A DNA stretch of 62,716 bases from Candidatus Shapirobacteria bacterium (GTDB taxonomy: Bacteria > Patescibacteriota > Microgenomatia > UBA12405). The notes beneath the pieces are model-generated. The model had not been told where the DNA came from and ran no database searches. It was given only the letters and a program-made list of their open reading frames with translations. This document shows positions 56,455 through 62,716 of this stretch, one piece after another. The DNA is taken from assembly GCA_028700625.1 (NCBI GenBank), contig JAQVSI010000003.1, forward strand, positions 1-62,716. The letters run 5' to 3'. Position 1 is the stretch's first letter. Each line of letters begins with the position of its first letter. The position numbers and the translations under genes are program-made.

Positions 56455-57042
56455 ATGCCATTAAATTTATTCATAATTGGCCCATCAGGCTGCGGTAAAT
56501 CCACTCAAGCAAAACTTATTGCTGAAAAATATAATTTAACTCATTTTTCTACCGGTCAGATTCTTCGTGACGAAATTTCCGCAGCTAGTGAACTTGGTCT
56601 CAAGGCTAAATCTTTTATTGATACTGGTAATTTAGTTCCTGATGAAATTGTTTTTGATATTTTAATCACTAATTTAGCTAAAATTAATAATCAAGATTTT
56701 ATTCTTGATGGTTTTCCTCGAATGTTAAGTCAAGGTCAATTTATTGAAAATTATTTAACTTCTCAAAATCAGCCATTAGATCAAATTATTCACCTAGATG
56801 TTAGTTTTGAAGAAATTCAAGCTCGTCGAGCCGCCAGAGGAGTTGAATTTCAAGATCAAAATCGCACCGATTCTACTCCAAAAGCTATTGCTGCTCGTCA
56901 AAAATTTTATGACGATAACAATGGTTTAATAATGGATTACTTCCAAGCCAAAGATCTTCTATTTAGAGTCAATGGTAATCGTCCTATTGAACCAATTTTT
57001 GAAGACATTGAAAAAAAAGTTAATAGTTTACCTAAAAATTGA
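56455..57042 (+). CDS. adk: Adenylate kinase
   Basis: IGPSGCGKSTQA P-loop and ILDGFPR motif. Confidence 0.95.
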   Translation: MPLNLFIIGPSGCGKSTQAKLIAEKYNLTHFSTGQILRDEISAASELGLKAKSFIDTGNLVPDEIVFDILITNLAKINNQDFILDGFPRMLSQGQFIENYLTSQNQPLDQIIHLDVSFEEIQARRAARGVEFQDQNRTDSTPKAIAARQKFYDDNNGLIMDYFQAKDLLFRVNGNRPIEPIFEDIEKKVNSLPKN

Positions 57043-57242
57043 AAGAACCAACCATTAGAGGTCAAATAACTGAAGTCTTGCCTAATTCTCTATATCGGGT
57101 TAAACTCGAAAATGGCAGTGACATTATTGCTCATTTAGCCGGCAAACTTCGAATGCATCACATTCGAGTTATGACTGGAGACAATGTTTCCTTAGTTCTT
57201 AGTCCGGAAGGGGAGAAAGGTAGAATTGTCTATCGCATATAA
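57039..57242 (+). CDS. infA: Translation initiation factor IF-1 (TTG start overlapping adk TGA)
   Basis: GQITEVLPNSLYRVKLENGSDIIAHLAGKLRMHHIRVMTGDNV...GRIVYRI. Confidence 0.95.
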   Translation: MKEPTIRGQITEVLPNSLYRVKLENGSDIIAHLAGKLRMHHIRVMTGDNVSLVLSPEGEKGRIVYRI

Positions 57243-57256
57243 ATTAAATTTACTCT

Positions 57257-57285
57257 TTGATATTGTTGTCTTTTTAGGTTACAAT
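57257..57285 (+). promoter_or_regulatory. Internal promoter: TTGATA-17 nt-TACAAT ahead of rpmJ
   Basis: ttgata 57257-57262, 17-nt spacer, tacaat 57280-57285. The -10 box is 14 nt from the rpmJ ATG. Confidence 0.55.
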
Positions 57286-57299
57286 ATCCAAGTTCCTAT

Positions 57300-57413
57300 A
57301 TGAAAGTAAAATCTAGTATTAAACGTCGATGTAAAAACTGCAAAGTGGTTCTCCGAAGAGGGGCGCGACGTATTATTTGTTCTACAAAAAGACATACCCA
57401 AAGACAGGGTTAA
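57300..57413 (+). CDS. rpmJ: 50S ribosomal protein L36 (not in ORF track, 37 aa)
   Basis: Hand translation gives [37 protein letters not shown], with stop TAA 57411-57413. It sits in the canonical infA-rpmJ-rpsM position. Confidence 0.93.
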   Translation: MKVKSSIKRRCKNCKVVLRRGARRIICSTKRHTQRQG

Positions 57414-57419
57414 TTTAAT

Positions 57420-57839
57420 ATGAGAATTGTTGGCGTTGAAATCCCAGATAATGAAAGAGCAGAAATTGGTTTAACTCGTTTTTTCGGCATTGGTCGAACT
57501 AATGTTAAAGAATTAGCTCAAAAAGCCAAAATTAATTTAAACACCAGAATTAAAGATTTATCTCGTGATGATGTTTCTAACTTAATGAAAGCTCTCGAAG
57601 CTTTCAAAGTTGAAGGTGATCTTAAAAAAGAAATTAGAGAAAACATTGATCGTTTAAAAGCTATTAAAGCTTATCGTGGTATTCGCCACATTGTTAGTCT
57701 TCCAGTCCGTGGTCAACGAACTAAAACTAATTCTCGTACCCGAAAAGGTAAAAAGAAAACAGTTGGTTCATTAACTAAAGAAGCTTGGGCAAAGATTGAA
57801 ACCCAACAAAAAGCGGCTAGTGTTAATAGTAATAAATAA
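57420..57839 (+). CDS. rpsM: 30S ribosomal protein S13
   Basis: [25 protein letters not shown] start and YRGIRH motif. Confidence 0.96.
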   Translation: MRIVGVEIPDNERAEIGLTRFFGIGRTNVKELAQKAKINLNTRIKDLSRDDVSNLMKALEAFKVEGDLKKEIRENIDRLKAIKAYRGIRHIVSLPVRGQRTKTNSRTRKGKKKTVGSLTKEAWAKIETQQKAASVNSNK

Positions 57840-57851
57840 TTAATATAAAAA

Positions 57852-58259
57852 ATGGCAGAAAAAAATATCAAAACAAGCGCTACCGCTACCAAAAAGAAAA
57901 CTTTTAAAAATATTGCTGAAGGTCGACTCTATATTCAGTCAACTTTTAATAATACTATCGTTACTATCACTGATAGTAAAGGTAAAGTTCTTGCTTGGTC
58001 AAGTGCTGGAAATTGTGGTTTTAAGGGTGCAAGGAAATCTACTCCTTTTGCTGCAACTACCGCTATTGAAAAGACTTTAGAAGAAGCAAAAAAACATGGT
58101 GTTAAAAAATTAGCAGTTTATTTGAAAGGTCCTGGTGCTGGTCGAGATGCCGCTCTCAGATATCTTCGCAGCAAAAGAGATTTTGATGTTGATATGATTT
58201 CTGATATTACTCCAATCCCACACAATGGTCCAAGACCTCCAAAACAAAGAAGGGTTTAA
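57852..58259 (+). CDS. rpsK: 30S ribosomal protein S11
   Basis: LYIQSTFNNTIVTITDSKGKVLAWSSAG, DITPIPHNGPRPPKQRR. Confidence 0.97.
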   Translation: MAEKNIKTSATATKKKTFKNIAEGRLYIQSTFNNTIVTITDSKGKVLAWSSAGNCGFKGARKSTPFAATTAIEKTLEEAKKHGVKKLAVYLKGPGAGRDAALRYLRSKRDFDVDMISDITPIPHNGPRPPKQRRV

Positions 58260-58269
58260 TTAAAAAATT

Positions 58270-58902
58270 ATGTCAAGAATTACTTTAAATACAAAATGCC
58301 GACTCTGTCGAGCTGCTGGTTCTAAACTTTATTTAAAAGGTATTCGTTGTGCTTCTTCAAAATGTCCAATCGAAAGAAAGGGTGCTGTTAAACCTGGTAT
58401 GCATGGTGTTAAAGGTGGTAGTAAACCTACTGATTATGGTATCCGACTTCGTGCCAAACAAAAAGCCAAAAGACTTTATGGTGTTCAAGAAACTCAATTC
58501 AGAAACTATTTTCTCAACGCTAAAAAACTTAAAGGTCAAGTTGGTGATAATTTGATGATTCTTCTAGAAAAACGCTTAGATAATATTCTTTATAAAGCTG
58601 GTCTAGTTTTATCAAGATCCTTATCTAAACAATTAATTAGTCATAAACATGTTTCAGTTAATGGAAAGAAATTAAACGTCTCTTCATATGAAACAAAAAT
58701 CGGTGATGTCATTAGTTTTGATGAAAAAACTATTGCTAATTATAAAGATGTTCTTCCTGCTATGGAAAATGACTTCAAAGTTCCAGCATGGTTAGATTTA
58801 AACAAAAAAAACCTTACTGTCAAGCTAATTTCCGACCCAATTAGGGAAGAAATTGGTCAAGACATTGACGTCAATTTAATAATTGAATATTATTCAAGAT
58901 AA
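58270..58902 (+). CDS. rpsD: 30S ribosomal protein S4 (Cys-cluster N-terminus)
   Basis: CRLCRAAG...CASSKC, and S4 domain LEKRLDNILYKAGL. Confidence 0.95.
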   Translation: MSRITLNTKCRLCRAAGSKLYLKGIRCASSKCPIERKGAVKPGMHGVKGGSKPTDYGIRLRAKQKAKRLYGVQETQFRNYFLNAKKLKGQVGDNLMILLEKRLDNILYKAGLVLSRSLSKQLISHKHVSVNGKKLNVSSYETKIGDVISFDEKTIANYKDVLPAMENDFKVPAWLDLNKKNLTVKLISDPIREEIGQDIDVNLIIEYYSR

Positions 58903-58919
58903 TAAAAAAAGGAGCTCTT

Positions 58920-59837
58920 ATGATCGAAACAAATAAATTCAACGTAAAAACCGTAAAAACAGAGGAAAGATACGGTAAGTTCGAACTTAGTCCATTAGTT
59001 GGTGGCTTTGGTCACACTCTTGGTAACAGTTTGCGCCGAGTTTTATTAATTACTATTCCTGGTGCTGCTATAACCAGAATTAGAATTGATGGTGCCAATC
59101 ATCTTTTTACCACGCTTCCTGGTGTTAAAGAAGACTTGGTTGAAGTTTCTTTAAATCTTAAAAAAATTAAATTTGACTACAATCAAAACGAACCAATTGT
59201 TTTAACTCTTAGCAAAAAAGGTCCAGGAGTTGTTACTGCTGGAGACATCTCTGATACTGATTTATGTAAAGTTTCCAACCCAGAACAAGTTATTGCTACT
59301 CTTGCCGATAATAAATCATCTATAGATATTTCCTTGACTGTTGAAAGGGGAGTTGGTTACACTCTTGCCAAAGAACAAAAGACTGACGTTGTTGGTGAAA
59401 TTATTCTCGATGCCACTTTCACTCCAGTTATTAAGACTAATTATACTGTTGAACCAACTCGTTTAGGTAAAAAATCAAACTACGATAAATTTACCATGGA
59501 AATCTGGACTGATGGTTCAGTTGACCCTCTTTACGCTCTTAAATTAGCTGCTAAAGATTTAATTAGTTCTTTCGGACAAATTGCTGATCCAAAAGAATTT
59601 GAAGAAGAAGTAATTACTTTATTGGCTTCTCCAAATCCACATGGTAGCGATATTTCTGTTGAAGAAATAGAACTTCCTTTAAGAGTTACTAATGCTCTTA
59701 AAAAAGCTGATTATCCAACCATTGATGCTTTAATTAAAGCTGGTCGTTTAGATGTTAGTAAAGCTAAAAATGTTGGTGAAAAATCATTAAAATTTATCGA
59801 TGCCTGGCTTAAAGAGAGAGGCTTCACTTGGAAATAA
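58920..59837 (+). CDS. rpoA: DNA-directed RNA polymerase subunit alpha
   Basis: FELSPLVGGFGHTLGNSLRRVLL, and a C-terminal domain with LPLRVTNALKKA. A ggag SD lies 5 nt upstream. Confidence 0.96.
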   Translation: MIETNKFNVKTVKTEERYGKFELSPLVGGFGHTLGNSLRRVLLITIPGAAITRIRIDGANHLFTTLPGVKEDLVEVSLNLKKIKFDYNQNEPIVLTLSKKGPGVVTAGDISDTDLCKVSNPEQVIATLADNKSSIDISLTVERGVGYTLAKEQKTDVVGEIILDATFTPVIKTNYTVEPTRLGKKSNYDKFTMEIWTDGSVDPLYALKLAAKDLISSFGQIADPKEFEEEVITLLASPNPHGSDISVEEIELPLRVTNALKKADYPTIDALIKAGRLDVSKAKNVGEKSLKFIDAWLKERGFTWK

Positions 59838-59840
59838 ATT

Positions 59841-60344
59841 ATGAGACATCGAATGTTCGGTAAAAAATTAGGACGTAATTTCGACGAAAGAAGATCTTTG
59901 TTAAAGTCTTTAACCAGATCCATGTTTACTCATGGTTCAATTCAGACCACTGAAGCTAAAGTAAAAGCCGTTATTCCTATGGTTGAACATCTCGGGAATA
60001 TTATCATTACCAAAGAAGAATTAACTGCTAAAAGGGAATTATTTAAAATTCTCCAAGATCAAACTTGGGTTAATCGTGTTGTTTCTACTTTTAAATCAGT
60101 TTTTGGTGAACAAAATTCAAATTTTACTACTATTCAAAAAATCAAACGTCGTTATGGTGACGATGCTTTAATTGTCAAATTAAGCTTTATTAAAACCATC
60201 GATTTCAAAGCTCCAAAGGTTGAAGTTGTTAAAAAAGATAAAAAAGAAGCTAAAAAAGCTTCTAAAAAAGCTTCTAAAAAAGTCGTTGTTGAAAAAGAAA
60301 AAACAGTTAAGAAAATTAAAGAAGCCAAAAAGGAGTCAAAATAA
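59841..60344 (+). CDS. rplQ: 50S ribosomal protein L17 with K-rich C-terminal extension
   Basis: MRHRMFGKKLGRNFDERRSLLKSL start. The tail carries KKASKKASKK repeats. Confidence 0.94.
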   Translation: MRHRMFGKKLGRNFDERRSLLKSLTRSMFTHGSIQTTEAKVKAVIPMVEHLGNIIITKEELTAKRELFKILQDQTWVNRVVSTFKSVFGEQNSNFTTIQKIKRRYGDDALIVKLSFIKTIDFKAPKVEVVKKDKKEAKKASKKASKKVVVEKEKTVKKIKEAKKESK

Positions 60345-60760
60345 TGAAAACTACAGTTTTAAAAGGTAATAGTGTTGAAAGAAAATGGCATTTAATCGAT
60401 CTTAAGGGTAAAACTTTAGGTCGAGCCTGCACAGAAATTGCTCAACTTTTAATGGGTAAAGGAAAAGTTGATTTTTCTTATCATCGAGATGATGGTGATT
60501 ATGTAGTTGCTATCAACGCTGCCGACATCATAACCACTGGTCGTAAATTAAAACAAAAAATTTATTATCGTCACACTGCTTGGTCTGGTCATTTAAAAGA
60601 GCTCACTCTTGGTGAACTTATGAGAAAAGATCCTCGCCAAGTTATTGCTCATGGTGTCCATGGTATGGTTGCCAAAAACAAATTAAGAGACATCAGAATG
60701 ACTCGCTTAAAAGTTTTTGTTGGCGCAGATCATAAATTCGCCGAAAAATTCACAAAATAA
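60344..60760 (+). CDS. rplM: 50S ribosomal protein L13
   Basis: ERKWHLIDLKGKTLGR motif. Confidence 0.96.
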   Translation: MKTTVLKGNSVERKWHLIDLKGKTLGRACTEIAQLLMGKGKVDFSYHRDDGDYVVAINAADIITTGRKLKQKIYYRHTAWSGHLKELTLGELMRKDPRQVIAHGVHGMVAKNKLRDIRMTRLKVFVGADHKFAEKFTK

Positions 60761-60765
60761 ATACT

Positions 60766-61176
60766 ATGGTAAAAAAAATTATCTCAAATACTTACACTTA
60801 TGCAATCGGTCGCAGAAAAGCTGCTATTGCTACTGTTAAATTATTTTTTGGAAAAGGTGAATCTACTGTCAATAAAATACCAGCGGATAAATACTTTCCA
60901 GGGAAAACAGCTCAAATTGCCTACAACAGACCTTTTGTAATTACTGAAACTTTTGGTAAGTACTATTATCAAACTAAGATAATTGGTGGTGGTAAAGGCG
61001 GTCAAGTTGAAGCTCTTCAATTGGCCCTAGCTCGTGCCTTAGTTAAAATAGATGAAAACTTTAAACCAGTCTTAAAACCAAGTGGTTTATTGACTGTTGA
61101 TTCTCGAGTCAAGGAAAGAAGAATGGTTGGTACCGGCGGTAAATCTCGTCGCCAAAAGCAATCTCCAAAGCGTTAA
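60766..61176 (+). CDS. rpsI: 30S ribosomal protein S9
   Basis: GGGKGGQVEALQLALARAL and C-terminal GGKSRRQKQSPKR. Confidence 0.96.
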   Translation: MVKKIISNTYTYAIGRRKAAIATVKLFFGKGESTVNKIPADKYFPGKTAQIAYNRPFVITETFGKYYYQTKIIGGGKGGQVEALQLALARALVKIDENFKPVLKPSGLLTVDSRVKERRMVGTGGKSRRQKQSPKR

Positions 61177-61194
61177 TCTTTGTTTTGTCTTCCA

Positions 61195-61224
61195 AATCCC
61201 TCACTTCGGTGGGGGATTTTTTTT
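61195..61224 (+). terminator. Intrinsic terminator after rplM-rpsI
   Basis: atccctcac-ttcg-gtgggggat followed by T8. Confidence 0.88.
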
Positions 61225-61255
61225 GCAAAAAAAACGGTCAAAGACAAAAGAAAAA

Positions 61256-61269
61256 TTACCCGAAGGTAA
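61256..61269 (-). terminator. Terminator hairpin for the minus-strand small-gene pair
   Basis: On the minus strand it reads ttacc-ttcg-ggtaa followed by tttttc, 28 nt downstream of the 61297 stop. Confidence 0.5.
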
Positions 61270-61296
61270 AAGTTCTGTCATCCTGACCGTCTTTTA

Positions 61297-61554
61297 TTAA
61301 CTCTTTAGAAGTTTTTGAATCGATAAGATAGATTCTTTTATCGATTGCTTAAAAGTTTCCTCAGAGCCAACATTTTGACCAAATCGAAGACATTCGATGT
61401 CTCCTTTTAGGCTAGATATTCTCCTACCAAGTCTTTTCTTAAGCGAAGTCTCTGTTTTTTCTGCCAAGCAGATAATTTTATCAAACTGTTTTTCGCTATC
61501 ATCAAAGAAATAAATTCTTTTCAATAGAATAATTCTTTTTAAAAAAGCTGGCAT
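61297..61554 (-). CDS. Small basic hypothetical protein (85 aa), paralog-like to upstream gene
   Basis: aaggaga SD 4 nt upstream. Motifs IYFFDD and DKIICL are shared with the 96-aa neighbour. Confidence 0.55.
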   Translation of the reverse strand: MPAFLKRIILLKRIYFFDDSEKQFDKIICLAEKTETSLKKRLGRRISSLKGDIECLRFGQNVGSEETFKQSIKESILSIQKLLKS

Positions 61555-61574
61555 AACTTCTCCTTTCTAAAATA

Positions 61575-61865
61575 TCAGTATTTTTTTTCTTCTTCAACAA
61601 CAGCAGCCATCACCATTAAATAGCTTTGTAAACAGATGATTTTTTCTTGATGTCTAGAATTTTGAAAATGATTGCTTACTACTATAGAATTGTAAGCGTG
61701 AACCACCCCGCGAAGATACATTTCTTCGATTAATTTTAGAAGTTCTTCATCAAAAAAAAGGGTTTTTTCTATTACAATTTCTTCTTTTTCAACCTCTTTC
61801 TTTAGTCCATTTACAACCCTTTTAAGTTCCTCAAAAACAATTTCTCTTTTTTCCTCAGCAGTCAC
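61575..61865 (-). CDS. Small acidic hypothetical protein (96 aa)
   Basis: GTG start with aggagg 8 nt upstream. Motifs TLFFDE and EKIICL. Confidence 0.55.
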   Translation of the reverse strand: MTAEEKREIVFEELKRVVNGLKKEVEKEEIVIEKTLFFDEELLKLIEEMYLRGVVHAYNSIVVSNHFQNSRHQEKIICLQSYLMVMAAVVEEEKKY

Positions 61866-61908
61866 AAAAAATACCTCCTATTTTTATTTTAGTCTAGCCT
61901 ATATAACT

Positions 61909-61923
61909 AACGGCATAGCCGTT
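61909..61923. promoter_or_regulatory. Palindrome AACGGC-ata-GCCGTT upstream of the small-gene pair (candidate operator)
   Basis: Perfect 6-bp arms, 44-58 nt upstream of the GTG at 61865. Confidence 0.35.
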
Positions 61924-62092
61924 TGGTTCTTTACAACTTTTTCAACGCATTTTGTTAATTAGTTGTGATTTTAATGTTCTTTCGATTTTATCGATCAACA
62001 AGGCTGATTTTATCAAAATAATCCTATAATGTCAAACAATATTTTTAGAAATTAGACATTAGAAATTTAGATTTAATTGATTATAATTAACC

Positions 62093-62716
62093 ATGTCTTT
62101 TATTCAAACAATCATTTTTAGTCTAGTTCAAGGAATTGCTGAATTTTTACCAATTTCTTCTTCTGGTCATCTCAATTTATCTCAACATTTTTTAAATCTC
62201 GAACCTTCTCTAACTTTAGACATTTTTCTCAACACTGCTACTTTCTTATCAGTTCTCTTTTTCTTTCGAAAACAAATAAAATATTTTTTTAAAAATTTAA
62301 AATTTATTATTGTTGCTTCCATTCCTGTGGCCCTAGTTGGAATTTTTCTAAAAGATCAAATAACTTCAATTTTTGCCGATATTAAACTTTTGCCTTTTTT
62401 CTTCCTTCTAGGTTCAATTTTTGTTTTTTCCACTAAATTTTTTGATAAAAAAGATGAAAAACTAAATTATAAAAAGGCTCTAATTATTGGCATTTTTCAA
62501 GTCATTGCCATTTTACCAGGGGTTTCTCGGGCTGGTGTCACTATTTTTTCTGCTTTATTAATTGGATTAGCCCCAATTCAAGCTTTTAATTTTTCTTTCT
62601 GTCTCTTTATTCCCGCTTCTATTGGAGCCCTTATTTTAAGCTTTAAAGATCTATCGGGATCAAACATTTTAACTCTAGAATATTTATTTGCCTTTGTCCT
62701 TACTTTTTTGGTGGGG
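62093..62716 (+). CDS. uppP: Undecaprenyl-diphosphatase, N-terminal 208 aa (3' end outside window)
   Basis: Hand translation gives MSFIQTIIFSLVQGIAEFLPISSSGHL...ILPGVSRAGVTIF (BacA/UppP motifs). The frame is open to the window end. Confidence 0.9.
   Translation, partial: MSFIQTIIFSLVQGIAEFLPISSSGHLNLSQHFLNLEPSLTLDIFLNTATFLSVLFFFRKQIKYFFKNLKFIIVASIPVALVGIFLKDQITSIFADIKLLPFFFLLGSIFVFSTKFFDKKDEKLNYKKALIIGIFQVIAILPGVSRAGVTIFSALLIGLAPIQAFNFSFCLFIPASIGALILSFKDLSGSNILTLEYLFAFVLTFLVG

Noticed and set aside
62041-62075. Direct repeats tagaaattaga / tagaaatttaga upstream of uppP, and similar ttagaaatta strings before rpsG (about 36526) and adk (about 56439).
   Set aside because: These are short A/T-only words in a very AT-rich genome, so chance recurrence cannot be excluded by eye. 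A genome-wide enrichment test would be needed.

Overview
AT-rich window (about one-third G+C by eye), almost entirely coding on the + strand. It reads as a core-genome segment of a small-genome, CPR/Patescibacteria-type bacterium; that placement is an inference from gene content. Standard genetic code: conserved genes translate full length, and TGA closes well-bounded genes at 24631-24633 and 57040-57042. Gene order: hrcA(3' end)-grpE-dnaK-dnaJ | reverse-strand orphan | nusA-infB-DHH-like | two small coiled-coil proteins | stop-interrupted membrane protein | rpsO-pnp-Lon-AAA-only | candidate sRNA | rnj-GNAT-TIM barrel | proS-ftsK-rodZ-like | DUF948-like/YtxH-like | alaS | 724-aa membrane protein-sortase-ruvX-Zn ribbon-mltG | miaB-like(-) | acidic-repeat/Cys-rich membrane protein | rpoB-rpoC-rpsL-rpsG | 5.9-kb insert (PilM-N/LytR_C protein, rfbB-rfbC-rfbD, ART-like protein, FAD oxidoreductase(-)) | fusA | tuf-S10-spc-alpha r-protein operons, secY, adk, infA, rpmJ, rpoA, rplQ, rplM-rpsI | two small paralogous genes(-) | uppP (3' end outside the window). 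No rRNA, tRNA, CRISPR array or transposase was seen. Items worth follow-up: (1) a 238-aa protein translationally coupled to rfbD whose YRG / ATTT-D / ExE spacing fits an R-S-E ADP-ribosyltransferase; (2) the str operon is split between rpsG and fusA by an envelope-glycan module; (3) at least 14 genes have a TATAAT-like box 5-8 nt before the start codon and no Shine-Dalgarno, suggesting leaderless mRNAs, while strong GGAGG sites cluster on orphan cassettes; (4) two separate tandem pairs of small paralogous proteins, each pair with its own signals; (5) a membrane-protein gene with a single in-frame TAA between its start and its TM anchor; (6) small promoter-plus-terminator units upstream of nusA and rnj; (7) a ~40-nt GC-rich structured element present twice, one copy inside a CDS; (8) a 5x heptamer repeat abutting the fusA start. 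Functional calls for hypothetical proteins are motif-by-eye inferences. No database search was possible.
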